Below are positions 40,701-49,800 of a stretch of 64,000 nucleotides of DNA, piece by piece (the first letter of the stretch is position 1; each line of letters opens with the position of its first letter). Source of the DNA: an uncultured Verrucomicrobiae bacterium. GTDB lineage: Bacteria; Verrucomicrobiota; Verrucomicrobiia; Chthoniobacterales; JAATET01. The notes beneath the pieces were generated by a model. That model saw only the letters and a program-made list of their open reading frames with translations. It had not been told where the DNA came from and did no database searches. Location of the stretch: positions 160,001 to 224,000 of the forward strand of contig CAVRCI010000001.1 of assembly GCA_963719495.1 (NCBI GenBank), read 5' to 3'. The position numbers and the translations under genes were made by a program.

Positions 40701-40949
40701 CGACCCGTCGACCCGGATCTCACGGAATTTCCAATTCGATCCATTGTCGTCGCTGATCATGAGCCCGCCGCCGGAGCTCACCGCGATGATTCGTCCCGTC
40801 CCCGTCTGCGTGGCGGCGATGTAGGACAATCCCGGGGTCAGATCTCCGCGCCGCCCCGTCCATTCATCCCCCAATCGCTGACCCGATGCCGCGAAAACGG
40901 TCAATAACAGCAGCGAAATTCCACCCGAAATGCGACTCAATCGGTTCAT
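37800..40949 (-). CDS. secreted Asp-box (BNR) beta-propeller protein with Calx-beta/Ig-like domains and basic C-terminal domain
   Basis: Signal peptide; many S-x-D-x-G-x-(T/S)-W boxes; TAIAGTDYVATSGELTW (Calx-beta); FTPDNWN..ITGEDD..DGD; Pro/Val linker, then K/R-rich tail. Confidence 0.85.
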   Translation of the reverse strand: MNRLSRISGGISLLLLTVFAASGQRLGDEWTGRRGDLTPGLSYIAATQTGTGRIIAVSSGGGLMISDDNGSNWKFREIRVDGSRVSGGVSAIQAFGGATSVVALASVMTDAPGGRFAFAAKTTVLRSSDNGETWTSQPFPFDTADFLGFTFYGVNLTGLHVSPTGELIAYGTTTVSNQLFSYWSLGGLIYRSSNGSTWTQAKFAFGPLSKVANAGGRMVATGLSTALDSADGSGWNGYTMSNASISDSSGNQLSFENRRALWLLDVVVQGGNYVAQAAQFIPKDGFIDTGRVDAIYSLVSPNPFDGARSWTAYAQPRIYGDSFGTSSGIAAVGQGAYRTTSGQTWSVADATVRARGATVQTGASSLVAVGTSESAWRSTDSGSSWTKTWDPGVGPDLRVIGRFGGVVFATANDGIWASLDNGLTWELRAPGENGFGMVEIGGRLVHPGVGTQSVRVSDDLGFTWQTRNVGGDSSSGGFFFTETATGRLVMAAVGKNASNRGVFHVSDDNGETWAPRVAGLGFNETPRAIVTSTSGVIVVPTNTFASFNPSLVISNDNGETWTRSAVLQSLAGLDGVSGDPATKVLEVRRARASSTGRILLLGRDEILTSDDDGDSWRVRVNLSEEQVEDGFFNWNIWDVVQSGSRWLAIGSYRTPSPSNVNKVFALTSADDGATWKRVIVPTNQGGTVFQTLAVGADGRVVAGGTNGAIFSTDLAAPPPPKGPLVTVREGTTGQIEIARPPVPGEVTATFGAIQKTAIAGTDYVATSGELTWVDGDELPKTIALETIDNGRSIPERILALQITFETSDVKGQDEIEVSIIDNEGGSGPGIELEGQTALDTSEQGASATLKLALTFRPSADVTLTVSGLDPTEGRLSATSFVFTPDNWNFQQMLVITGEDDAEPDGDRAYDLRITASSADSAYANLLSEVVSVLNFGDEPYDQNYEPVAAAPPVPVTPVPTVAPSVDAPRRVIGKRGKAKIKGTLTGDIVRIEVKAGKGGFKNAKLRGNRFIYRARKLPDRRKVIAKVRATTADGQRIVEKVKIIFKPQR

Positions 40950-41039
40950 TGCGCAAGCCTGTTGCGCGGGGACTTGATCGACAAGCGGGAAATTTTCAGC
41001 AGCCGAGCGAAACCACCGCCGACAGCCAAATCGACGTTT

Positions 41040-41429
41040 TCACTTCACCAGGAGTGGCCCGACGTCGAACGAATCGCCGACCTCGACCGCGTCGTATTGC
41101 GCCTTGCCCAGCCAGACGTTGAACGGCTCCGGCGGTCCGTCCGTCTGCGGCACGTCGACCGTGAGAATGTATTCGCCCGCCTTTTTGCCGGTCTTCAAAC
41201 CATCTTCGCCGAAAGTGATCTGCTCCTCCGCCTGCGGCACGAATTCCTTCGCCACGACCGTCCCCGTCATCCGCGCGGCAACGACACCCTGACTGCTCAT
41301 CCAGAGGGCGAAAACAATCCCCGCCAGCACCAGGACGCCCATCGCCACCGCCGACACCACCAGGCCCCACGGCGTCTTCACCTTGATCGTTCGAGAATTG
41401 CGCTCCGGCATGGGGGGATGATACGCCAT
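41040..41429 (-). CDS. small single-TM hypothetical protein
   Basis: One TM helix, then a beta-rich domain ending YDAVEVGDSFDV. Confidence 0.65.
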   Translation of the reverse strand: MAYHPPMPERNSRTIKVKTPWGLVVSAVAMGVLVLAGIVFALWMSSQGVVAARMTGTVVAKEFVPQAEEQITFGEDGLKTGKKAGEYILTVDVPQTDGPPEPFNVWLGKAQYDAVEVGDSFDVGPLLVK

Positions 41430-41481
41430 CAGTCGAGGCCGTCCCGAGTGAAAACTTGATCGGCGCGCCCCGAAGTCCTGG

Positions 41482-42636
41482 CTAGTCGACCTTTGCGCGG
41501 AGGCTCCACGGTTTGGGGCCTGGAGCCGCTTCGACTTTGTCCCAATCGACGAGGCTGGCCAATGCCGTGACGCCGAGCCGGCAGAGGTGCCCCATTTTTC
41601 GGCCCGGTCGCGGCTCCGTCTTGCCGTAGAGGTGCAGCTTCACGTCCGGGTCACGCAGCAGCAGGCTCCAATCCGGCTCGCCGTCCGCCCAACGGTCGCC
41701 CAACAGATTCACCATCACCGCCGGAGTCAGCAAATCGACCGATCCAAGCGGCAAACCGCACACCGCCCGCAGCTGTTGCTCGAACTGACTCGTCACGCAG
41801 GCGTCGAACGAATAGTGCCCCGAATTGTGCGGCCTCGGCGCCATCTCGTTCACGAGCACGCCACCGTCCGGCAGCAAAAAACACTCCACCGCGATCACGC
41901 CGACCACTTCCAACCGATCCAGGATCTTAGCCGCGATTTCCCGTCCCGCGACCGCCGCCGCCGCCGGGATCCGCGCTGGTACGATCGAGCGATCCAAAAT
42001 GTGGTTCTGGTGCTCGTTCTCGCTCAGCGGAAAAACGCTCACCTCCCCGTCGCGACCGCGCGCACAGATGATCGAAAATTCCTTCTCGAACTCGACCCAG
42101 CCCTCCAGCACCGCCCGCTCCGCGCCCAACCGCGTCCACACCTCCGCCGCGTCGGCCCCGGCCAGCACGCGCACCTGCCCCTTCCCATCGTAACCCGACT
42201 CCGCCGTCTTGAGCACCCCGCCGCGCTCACCGAGTTCGGTCATCGCCACCGCCAATTCGTCCGCCGAAGCCACGACCCAAAACGGCGCGCACGCGATCCC
42301 ATTCTCGCGCAGGAACACCTTCTCCCGCTCGCGGTTCTGACAGACGTGCAAGACCCGCGCCCCGGGAAAAACCTCGCACCCCTCGCTCACCGCCTCGATC
42401 GCCGCCACGGGGATGTTTTCGAATTCGTAGGTCACCACGTCCACCTCGCGGCCAAATTTCCGCAATGCCTCGACGTCCGACCAAGCCGCCGCCACCTGCT
42501 CGTCCGCCACCTGCCCCGCCGGCGAGTCCGGCGTCGGCTCGAACACCCGCACCCGGTAGCCCAACCGCTTCGCCTCTAGCGCAAACATCCGCCCGAGCTG
42601 ACCACCACCCAGCAACCCGATCGTCGATCCCGGCAT
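41482..42636 (-). CDS. purK: N5-carboxyaminoimidazole ribonucleotide synthase
   Basis: IGLLGGGQLGRM, VTYEFENIP, GYDGKGQ, NEMAPRPHNSGH, HLYGK..RPGRKMGH. Confidence 0.97.
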   Translation of the reverse strand: MPGSTIGLLGGGQLGRMFALEAKRLGYRVRVFEPTPDSPAGQVADEQVAAAWSDVEALRKFGREVDVVTYEFENIPVAAIEAVSEGCEVFPGARVLHVCQNREREKVFLRENGIACAPFWVVASADELAVAMTELGERGGVLKTAESGYDGKGQVRVLAGADAAEVWTRLGAERAVLEGWVEFEKEFSIICARGRDGEVSVFPLSENEHQNHILDRSIVPARIPAAAAVAGREIAAKILDRLEVVGVIAVECFLLPDGGVLVNEMAPRPHNSGHYSFDACVTSQFEQQLRAVCGLPLGSVDLLTPAVMVNLLGDRWADGEPDWSLLLRDPDVKLHLYGKTEPRPGRKMGHLCRLGVTALASLVDWDKVEAAPGPKPWSLRAKVD

Positions 42637-42715
42637 CACCACGCCGCCCCCTGATCCGGAATTCCTTCCCGTCCCCGTTCCGTCCCGCCTAATGTCCCCG
42701 ACCGCATCTCTCTTC

Positions 42716-44602
42716 ATGGAACGGGTCATTTACGCATTCGCACTCGCCGTCGTCACCACGATTCGCGCCCTCCCCCTCCCCGTCTGCTTCGCGCTCGGCC
42801 AGGCGATCGGTGCCACCCTCTGGCTCCTCGTCGTCCCCTACCGCCGACTCGCCCACGCCAATCTCGCCAAAGCCTTTGCCGGAGAAAAATCCCCCGCCGA
42901 GCTGCGCCGCCTCACCTTCCGCCACTTCACCACCCTCGGAGCCAACGCCTGCTCAGCGTTCAAGGTCGCGGCCATGACCGAGGACCAGCTCCGACGCCAT
43001 CACACCATCGAAGGCCTCGAGCACGTCACCGACGCCCTCGCCGCCGGCAAAGGCCTCGTCCTCGCGATCTCCCACATCGGCAACTGGGAACTCTTCGCCC
43101 AGGCGAATTTCCACGCCCGCCCCTGGAAGACCGCCACCGTCTACCAATCCCTGCGCAACAAACAGCTCGACGACCTCATCAACCGCGACCGCCGCGCGAA
43201 GGGCACCGCCACCTTCGACCGCAAACGCGGCCTCAACAAAGCCCTCGGCTTCCTCCGCGAAGGCAACCTCGTCGCCATCCTCGTCGACCAGCATGCCGGC
43301 GACTCCGGCCTCTGGACCCCCTTCTTCAACGCCCTCGCCTCCACCTCTCCCCTCGCCGCCTCCCTCGCCTGCCGCACCGGCGCGCCCATCGTCCCGATGG
43401 CCGTCTTCACCGCCGGCTTCGCCCGTTGGCGCATCTCCGCCCGACCCGCCATCCCCTACGATCCGGAGAATTCCGAGCAGCTCACCGCCGACGTGAACGC
43501 CGCGCTCGAATCCCAGATCCGCGAGTCGCCCGCCGACTGGTTCTGGGTCCACAACCGCTGGAAAGTTCCCCACCCCGACTTCCTCCTCGCGCGCGCCAAA
43601 CGCGGCGTTTACCTTCCCCCCGACACCGATCCCGCGACCTTGAAACCCTTCCGCATCCTCATTCGCTCCAGCAATTGGCTCGGCGATGCCGTCATGAGCA
43701 GCCCCGCCGTCCGCGCCATCGCCGCGGGCCGACCCGACGCCCGCGTCACCATCCTCACGCGGGAAAAACTCGCCGACTTCTGGCGCACGGTCCCCGGCGT
43801 GCACGACGTCATCGCCGTCCCTTCCGACGCCGGCGTGTTCAAGGTTGCCATGCGCATCCGCGGCCGCTTCGACGTCGCCATCATTTTCCCAAATTCCTCC
43901 CGCACCGCGCTCGAAGCCTGGCTTGGGGGCATCCGCCGCCGCGTCGGCTACGAAGGCGAAAGCCGCCGCTGGATGCTCAACCAGATCGTCCGCCCGGCAA
44001 AAAACCGCATGTGGCCCCGGCACCAGGCCTACCACTACCTCCGCATGGCCGACAGCGTGGGAGCCGAGCGGGGCGAACTCTCGATGCCGGCCGCGCCCCG
44101 GCCCGAAGGCCCGTTCCGCATCGGCCTCTGCCCCGGCGCCGAATACGGCCCCGCCAAGCGCTGGTATCCAACCCGTTTCCGCAAGGTCATGCAATCGCTC
44201 GCCGAAAAGCACCCCGACGCCACCTTCGTCATCGTCGGCACCGACGCCGATGCCCCCGTCGCCCGCGACATCATTCAGGGCTTCGACGGCAAAGTCGAAG
44301 ACCTCACCGGCCGCACCACCTTGGCGCAACTTCTCAAGGAACTCGCCCGCCTGCACGTCCTCGTCACCAACGACACCGGCACCATGCACCTCGCCGCCAG
44401 CCTCGGCGTCCCCTGCGTCGCCCTCTTCGGCAGCACCGAGCCCCTCCTCACCGGCCCTCTCGGCGACCATCACATCGTCATCCGCCACCAGGTCGAATGC
44501 TCCCCCTGCTACCAAAGAAATTGCCCGCTCGACTTCCGCTGCATGGAAGCCATCACCGCCGAAGAAGTCACGGAAGCGGTAGAAACGATCCTAGCCCGGT
44601 AG
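42716..44602 (+). CDS. fusion of lipid A late acyltransferase (LpxL/HtrB-like) and heptosyltransferase II (WaaF, GT9)
   Basis: N-half SHIGNWE, LVDQHAG, WFWVHNRWK; C-half NWLGDAVMS, CPGAEYGPAKRW, NDTGTMHLAA; one open frame. Confidence 0.92.
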   Translation: MERVIYAFALAVVTTIRALPLPVCFALGQAIGATLWLLVVPYRRLAHANLAKAFAGEKSPAELRRLTFRHFTTLGANACSAFKVAAMTEDQLRRHHTIEGLEHVTDALAAGKGLVLAISHIGNWELFAQANFHARPWKTATVYQSLRNKQLDDLINRDRRAKGTATFDRKRGLNKALGFLREGNLVAILVDQHAGDSGLWTPFFNALASTSPLAASLACRTGAPIVPMAVFTAGFARWRISARPAIPYDPENSEQLTADVNAALESQIRESPADWFWVHNRWKVPHPDFLLARAKRGVYLPPDTDPATLKPFRILIRSSNWLGDAVMSSPAVRAIAAGRPDARVTILTREKLADFWRTVPGVHDVIAVPSDAGVFKVAMRIRGRFDVAIIFPNSSRTALEAWLGGIRRRVGYEGESRRWMLNQIVRPAKNRMWPRHQAYHYLRMADSVGAERGELSMPAAPRPEGPFRIGLCPGAEYGPAKRWYPTRFRKVMQSLAEKHPDATFVIVGTDADAPVARDIIQGFDGKVEDLTGRTTLAQLLKELARLHVLVTNDTGTMHLAASLGVPCVALFGSTEPLLTGPLGDHHIVIRHQVECSPCYQRNCPLDFRCMEAITAEEVTEAVETILAR

Positions 44603-44604
44603 GA

Positions 44605-44684
44605 TGGGGAACGCACGCGTCCCGCGTGCGAGATGCGGCGTCCCGCCGCATCACCCGGCAATTTCGAGCAAAGCGAGAGAGCCG
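44605..44684 (+). repeat. double-hairpin REP-like element (copy 2)
   Basis: Homologous to 9882-9962 with compensatory stem changes. Confidence 0.85.
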
Positions 44685-44720
44685 ACTGAGTTCCACCACT
44701 CACCAATCACGAGCCACCAA

Positions 44721-45182
44721 TCACGCGAAGCCCCGTCGCATCACCGTAACAGCCCACCCATTGGCCGTCGACTCCTCCACCCGTTCGAACCCACTCCGTG
44801 CGAACAGCGATTGCCGTTCTTCCGTAAGACACCAGATCTCCGCGTGACCCGCCTCCCGCGCCGCGTCCACCGCCCGCGCAATCAATTCCGTCCCCACGCC
44901 GCCGCCACGCCACTCCGCGTCGACGATGAGACTCGCCACCCACGGATTCCATTCCGGCGGCGCGCCCGGTAAATCCCCGAAAACGACGCTCACCGACCCG
45001 ATCACCCGATCCCCGTCCAGCGCGACGAACGTCACCGGCAGCCCGTCGTCCGGCTCCGACAAAAATTCCCGCAACGCCACGCCCGCGTTCCAATCTTCGT
45101 AAAGGTGACCCCACTCCGCCCCGTGCCACGAAGCCAACCGCGCCGCCCACTCCGCCCGCCGATCCATCCGCACAATCCTCAC
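44721..45182 (-). CDS. GNAT family N-acetyltransferase
   Basis: PWVASLIVDAEWRGGGVG (motif A), LFARSGF; start placed at GTG 45182. Confidence 0.85.
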   Translation of the reverse strand: MRIVRMDRRAEWAARLASWHGAEWGHLYEDWNAGVALREFLSEPDDGLPVTFVALDGDRVIGSVSVVFGDLPGAPPEWNPWVASLIVDAEWRGGGVGTELIARAVDAAREAGHAEIWCLTEERQSLFARSGFERVEESTANGWAVTVMRRGFA

Positions 45183-45376
45183 GCCCGAATCTTCCCCGTC
45201 CCCACCCAGCAATCCAACGCAAAACCGTCCCCGCAGCCGGGGTGTGATCAACAAGGTCCTCGGTAAAGCCCGGGCCTTACCGCTGGCGAGCCGGAGCTTG
45301 CCCATCGGAGGGCCGAGGATCCGGGGGTCCCCGAACAGGGAGTGGCGAACGAACGAACGAACGAATGAATCCGCTC

Positions 45377-45410
45377 CCGATAAAACGTAACGGCCGTTAC
45401 GTTTTATCGG
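45377..45410. repeat. perfect 34-bp palindrome
   Basis: CCGATAAAACGTAACGGCCGTTACGTTTTATCGG. Confidence 0.95.
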
Positions 45411-45622
45411 TAGACTCCGCGGGAATTGGGGGGGGGCGTCTGGATGAGGCGGGAGACCCGATGCTGCGAGGCCTTGGGCCGTGGCGATCTTCCACGGACT
45501 CGTCGCCAGCCTCCTGGCGTCCCCTCGGTCAGACGTTCGTCGCGTTCACAAGATTCTTCTTCCGATCAGGACGCGCTTTCGATCACACCCCCGCAGCCGG
45601 GCGCCTCGGAACCCCGCCCCCC

Positions 45623-45638
45623 TGGCACGCGCGCTGCT
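45623..45638 (+). promoter_or_regulatory. putative sigma54 -24/-12 promoter
   Basis: TGGCACGCGCGCTGCT versus consensus TGGCAC-N5-TTGCW (one mismatch), 17 nt before ATG 45656. Confidence 0.55.
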
Positions 45639-45655
45639 CGCCCATAGGTCCCGGA

Positions 45656-46324
45656 ATGATTCACGCCAATTGTCGTGCCCGGTTCACCGCGGATGATTTC
45701 GATTTTATCGTCCGCTCGCTCAGCCACTCGCCCCGCGACGCGGTCTCGCTCGCCGACCTCCTCCTCGACGCCGACAGCCGCGATGAAGTCCTCGAACACG
45801 ACGCCCTTTCCGACGCAATCCTCGACTCCGTCGACACCCTCCGCATCTCGTCGCACCTCTACTTCTACGTCCTCTGCCGGAAGGTTCTGAAAAATACCAG
45901 CGTCTCCAGCCGCGACGCCGCCGACTACATCGCGGCTATGCTCGAGGCCTACTCGCACACCGGCCGGGGATCCGCCGCCACACCCGCCCCCTACCTATCC
46001 GATCTCCTGATCGCCCTCCGCGAGGCCACGCCCGCCGAGGCGTTCCGGCTCCGCGCGCACCTCGCGAATTCCGCCCTCTTCCTCTCCGGCGTCTTCGCCA
46101 ACAATATCGACAAGCGCGCCCAACGCGGTGCGCCCGACCTCTCGTTCTACGAAAGCCTCGGCAGCTCGAGTTTCCACGCCGCCGCCGGTCACCGCGACGC
46201 CCGCCGCTTCGAATTGGATCATATCTTCGAAGAACTCGCCGCCGGCTTCCACGACGCCCGTCTCGCCCTCAACGACCTCGCCGACCGCCTCTTCCACTTC
46301 GATTCGCCCGCGACGCCAATCTGA
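45656..46324 (+). CDS. conserved helical hypothetical protein
   Basis: MIHANCRARFTADDFDFIV...HLYFYVLCR...ALFLSGVF...YESLG; host-like codon usage. Confidence 0.8.
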   Translation: MIHANCRARFTADDFDFIVRSLSHSPRDAVSLADLLLDADSRDEVLEHDALSDAILDSVDTLRISSHLYFYVLCRKVLKNTSVSSRDAADYIAAMLEAYSHTGRGSAATPAPYLSDLLIALREATPAEAFRLRAHLANSALFLSGVFANNIDKRAQRGAPDLSFYESLGSSSFHAAAGHRDARRFELDHIFEELAAGFHDARLALNDLADRLFHFDSPATPI

Positions 46325-46363
46325 GATCTTGCGCAACCGTCCGCAACCCGCTCGAACAGCGCG

Positions 46364-46798
46364 ATGCAAACGCTCCTAGGAATTGCCACAGTCTGGTGCC
46401 TCGGCTTTCTCTACCTCGTCGGAGCCATGCCCGCGGGAGTGGGCTTCGGACTCCCGATCGTCGTCACCGCGATCATTGCGTGGACCGGATACGCCGCCGG
46501 CGCGTCCGTCGTTCTCCTCGCCGGCGACGGTCTCCGCGACTGGCTCATGCGAAAGCTGAAGGTGTCGAAAACACCCGACCGCTCCAAGCGACTCTACCGG
46601 ATGTGGGACCGCTTCGGCCTCTGGGCCCTCGCCTTGCTTGCCCCCGTCTCCATCGGCCCCCAAGCCGGTTTCCTCGTCGGCCTCACGCTCGGCGCCCCGA
46701 AGTGGCGGCTCGCCACCGCCCTAGCCCTCGGCGCCATCCCCTGGATCACCCTCTTCGCCGTCCTGACCGCCCTCGGCGTTCAGCTCGTGAACGAATGA
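46364..46798 (+). CDS. small multi-TM protein (small multi-drug export-like)
   Basis: Four hydrophobic segments; RFGLWALALLAPVSIGP. Confidence 0.65.
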   Translation: MQTLLGIATVWCLGFLYLVGAMPAGVGFGLPIVVTAIIAWTGYAAGASVVLLAGDGLRDWLMRKLKVSKTPDRSKRLYRMWDRFGLWALALLAPVSIGPQAGFLVGLTLGAPKWRLATALALGAIPWITLFAVLTALGVQLVNE

Positions 46799-46804
46799 GT
46801 CTCT

Positions 46805-46896
46805 AACCGCGAATGGACGCGAATTCACGCGAATAGCTTCGAATGATCAGGTCGAAATTTTTTCCGATTCGCGTCCATTCGCGTCCATCCGTGGTT
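46805..46896. repeat. inverted decamer repeat arrays overlapping the RND gene 3' end
   Basis: AACCGCGAAT GGACGCGAAT TCACGCGAAT ... ATTCGCGTCC ATTCGCGTCC ATCCGTGGTT. Confidence 0.88.
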
Positions 46897-49800
46897 CTGT
46901 ATTCTTCCTCCGCTTTTCCACCAATTTCTCGACCACGTAGAACGCCACCGGCACCAGAAAGATCCCAATCAGCGTCGACGCCAACATCCCGCCGATGACC
47001 GCCGTCCCGAGAATCCGCCGTGACACCGCGCCCGACCCCGTCGCGATCCACAGCGGCACGCAGCCCAGGATAAACGCGAACGCGGTCATTAAAATCGGCC
47101 GCAGCCGCAGCTTCGCCCCCGCCAGCGCCGCGTCGTAGATCGATTTCCCCTTCTCCAATTCGGCCTTCGCGAACTCGACGATCAGGATTGCGTTCTTCGC
47201 GCTCAAACCGATCAACATCACCAACCCGATCTGCGTGTAGACGTCGTTCTCGTAAAACCCGGCCTCGAACCGCCGCAGCAGCAGCGCCGCGAACGCGCCA
47301 AAGACCGCCACCGGCGTGGCCATCAAGACGCTGAACGGGAGACTCCAGCTCTCGTATTGCGCGGCCATGATCAAAAACACGAACAGCAGCGACAACCCGA
47401 AGATCACGCCCGGCGACACGCCCTGCGCCGCCTGTTGCTCCTGGAAAGACATCCCCGAATAATCGTAGCCCATCTCCGTCGGCATCGTCGCGGCGAAGAC
47501 CTCCTCGAGCGCCGTCATCGCCTGTCCGCTGCTGTAGCCCGGCGCGCTCGTCGCGTTGATCTGCGCCGACCGATACATGTTGTAGCGCATCGTGAATTCC
47601 GGCCCCATCCGCGGTTCGACGTTCACGAGCGCGCTCAGCGGCACCGGGTCGCCCTGATCGTTGCGCACGTAGAACAAGCCGAGGTTGTCCATCGAATTTC
47701 GGAAATCCCCATCCGCCGCGAGGTAGACCTGCCACTGGAGACCGAAGCGGTTGAAGTAATTGATGAAAACGCCGCCGAGAAACGCCTGCAACGTCTGGTA
47801 AACCGACTCGATCTGGACGCCCTGCTTGAGCACCTTCTGGACGTCGACCTCGACGCCGAGCTGCGGCACGGACGGCAACAACGTCGTCGTCACGCGCGAA
47901 AGCTCCGGTCGCTTCTCCGCCGCCTCGAGGAAATTCTGCGTCTGCTCGGCGAGGAACTCGACCGATCCACCCGAACGATCCTGCAGGATGAACGTCGCGC
48001 CGCCCGACGTGCCGATGCCCGGAATCGCGGGCGGCGGAAACGCGAAAGCCATCGCGCCCGGCACCTGCGAGAACTCGCGGTTGATGTGCTGCAGGATCGC
48101 GGGCACCTGCGTGTCCTTCGTGTGGCGCTCGCCCCATTCCTCGAGCGTGATGAAGAAGAACGCGCTGTAGGTCATCGTGACCTGACTCATGAGATCGTAG
48201 CCCAGCACGGTCGTCACCGACTCGACGCCCGGCGTCTTTTCGATGATCGCTTCGAGATCCGTCGCAACTTCGCCGGTGCGTTGCAGCGACGACGCGTTCG
48301 GCAACTGCGCGAGCCCGAAGACGTAACCCTGGTCGTCGTTCGGGATGAAGCCCGGAGGCAGCTTCCAACCCATCACGACCGTGCCGCCAACGAGAATCGC
48401 CAGCCCGATGAGCGTGATCACGCACTTGCGGATGAGCAGACCCGACGTCTTGACGTAACCGTCGGTCACCCGACCGAACCCCCGGTTGAAGAGTCGGAAA
48501 AACTTCGCCAGCCAGCCGTTGGACTCCGTCTTCGGCTTGAGCAGCATCGCCGCGAGCGCGGGGCTGAGAGACAGCGCGTTGAAGGCCGAGATCGCGACCG
48601 AGACCGCGATGGTGACCGCAAACTGCTGATACATCTCGCCGGTAATCCCCGGGATGAAGATCGTCGGCACAAAAACCGCGATCATCACGAGCGCGGTCGC
48701 GACCACCGGCCCCTGCACCTCGCCGACGGCCTTGAACGCCGCGTCGCGCGGCGACATCCCACGCTCGATGTGCTGCTCGACGGCCTCGACGACGACGATG
48801 GCGTCGTCCACCACCAACCCGATCGCGAGCACGAGCCCAAACATCGACAGCGTGTTCACGGAAAATCCAAACACCGGGAAGAACGCGAACGTCCCGATCA
48901 GGGACACCGGCACGGCGATCAGCGGGATGAGCGTCGCCCTCCAGCCCTGGAGGAAAATGAAGACGACGATGATGACGAGAACGATCGCCTCGAAGAGCGT
49001 CTTCACGATGTCACGCATGCTCTCGGTGACCGCGAGCGTGGTATCGAGCGCGACTTTGTATTCGAGTCCGACCGGGAAGCCGAGCGCCGCCTCCGCCATG
49101 ATCTTCCGAGCCTCCGCCGCCGCGTCGAGGGCGTTCGACCCGGCCTGCTGGTAGAGTGCGATGACGGCCGAAGGCTTGCCGTCGAAGCGGCCCTGAATCG
49201 CGTAATTCTGAGCGCCGAGTTCGATTCGCGCGACGTCGGCGAGCGTGACGTTCGAGCCGTCGGCTTCCTCGCGAATGACGATGCCGCCGAATTCCTCCTC
49301 CGTCACCAGCCGGCCCTGCGCGATCACGGAATACGTGAACTCCTGCCCCGCCGGCACGGGCGAGCCGCCGATTTGACCCGCGGGATTCACGGTGTTCTGC
49401 GCGTTCACGGCGCTCACGATTTCCTGAACGGTGATGTTCAACTTCGCGAGCGCGTCGGGTCGCACCCAGAAGCGCATCGCGTATTGCCCGGCGCCGAAGA
49501 CGTTCACGTTGCCGACGCCGTTCACGCGGGCGAGGTCGTTCGTGAGATTGATGTAGGCGTAGTTCGCGAGGAACGTCGCGTCGTAGGTCGAGTCGGGCGA
49601 GTAGAGCGCGAAGATGAGGAGCGGCGCGGACGTCGCCTGATTGACGGTCACGCCGAAATTCCGCACGTCGGTCGGCAACTGCGACGTGGCCTGATTCTGC
49701 CGCATCTGGGTGAGGATCTGGTCGGTCGTGCTGTCGGTCTCGACGCCGAAGAACACGTTGAGCGTCATCTGCCCGTTGTTCGAGTTCACGGAATACATGT

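Noticed and set aside
45262..45303. c-di-GMP-I riboswitch resemblance (AAAGCC..GGCCTTA..AGCCGG..TTGCC)
   Set aside because: The GGCAAA/GNRA-tetraloop P2 element is missing.
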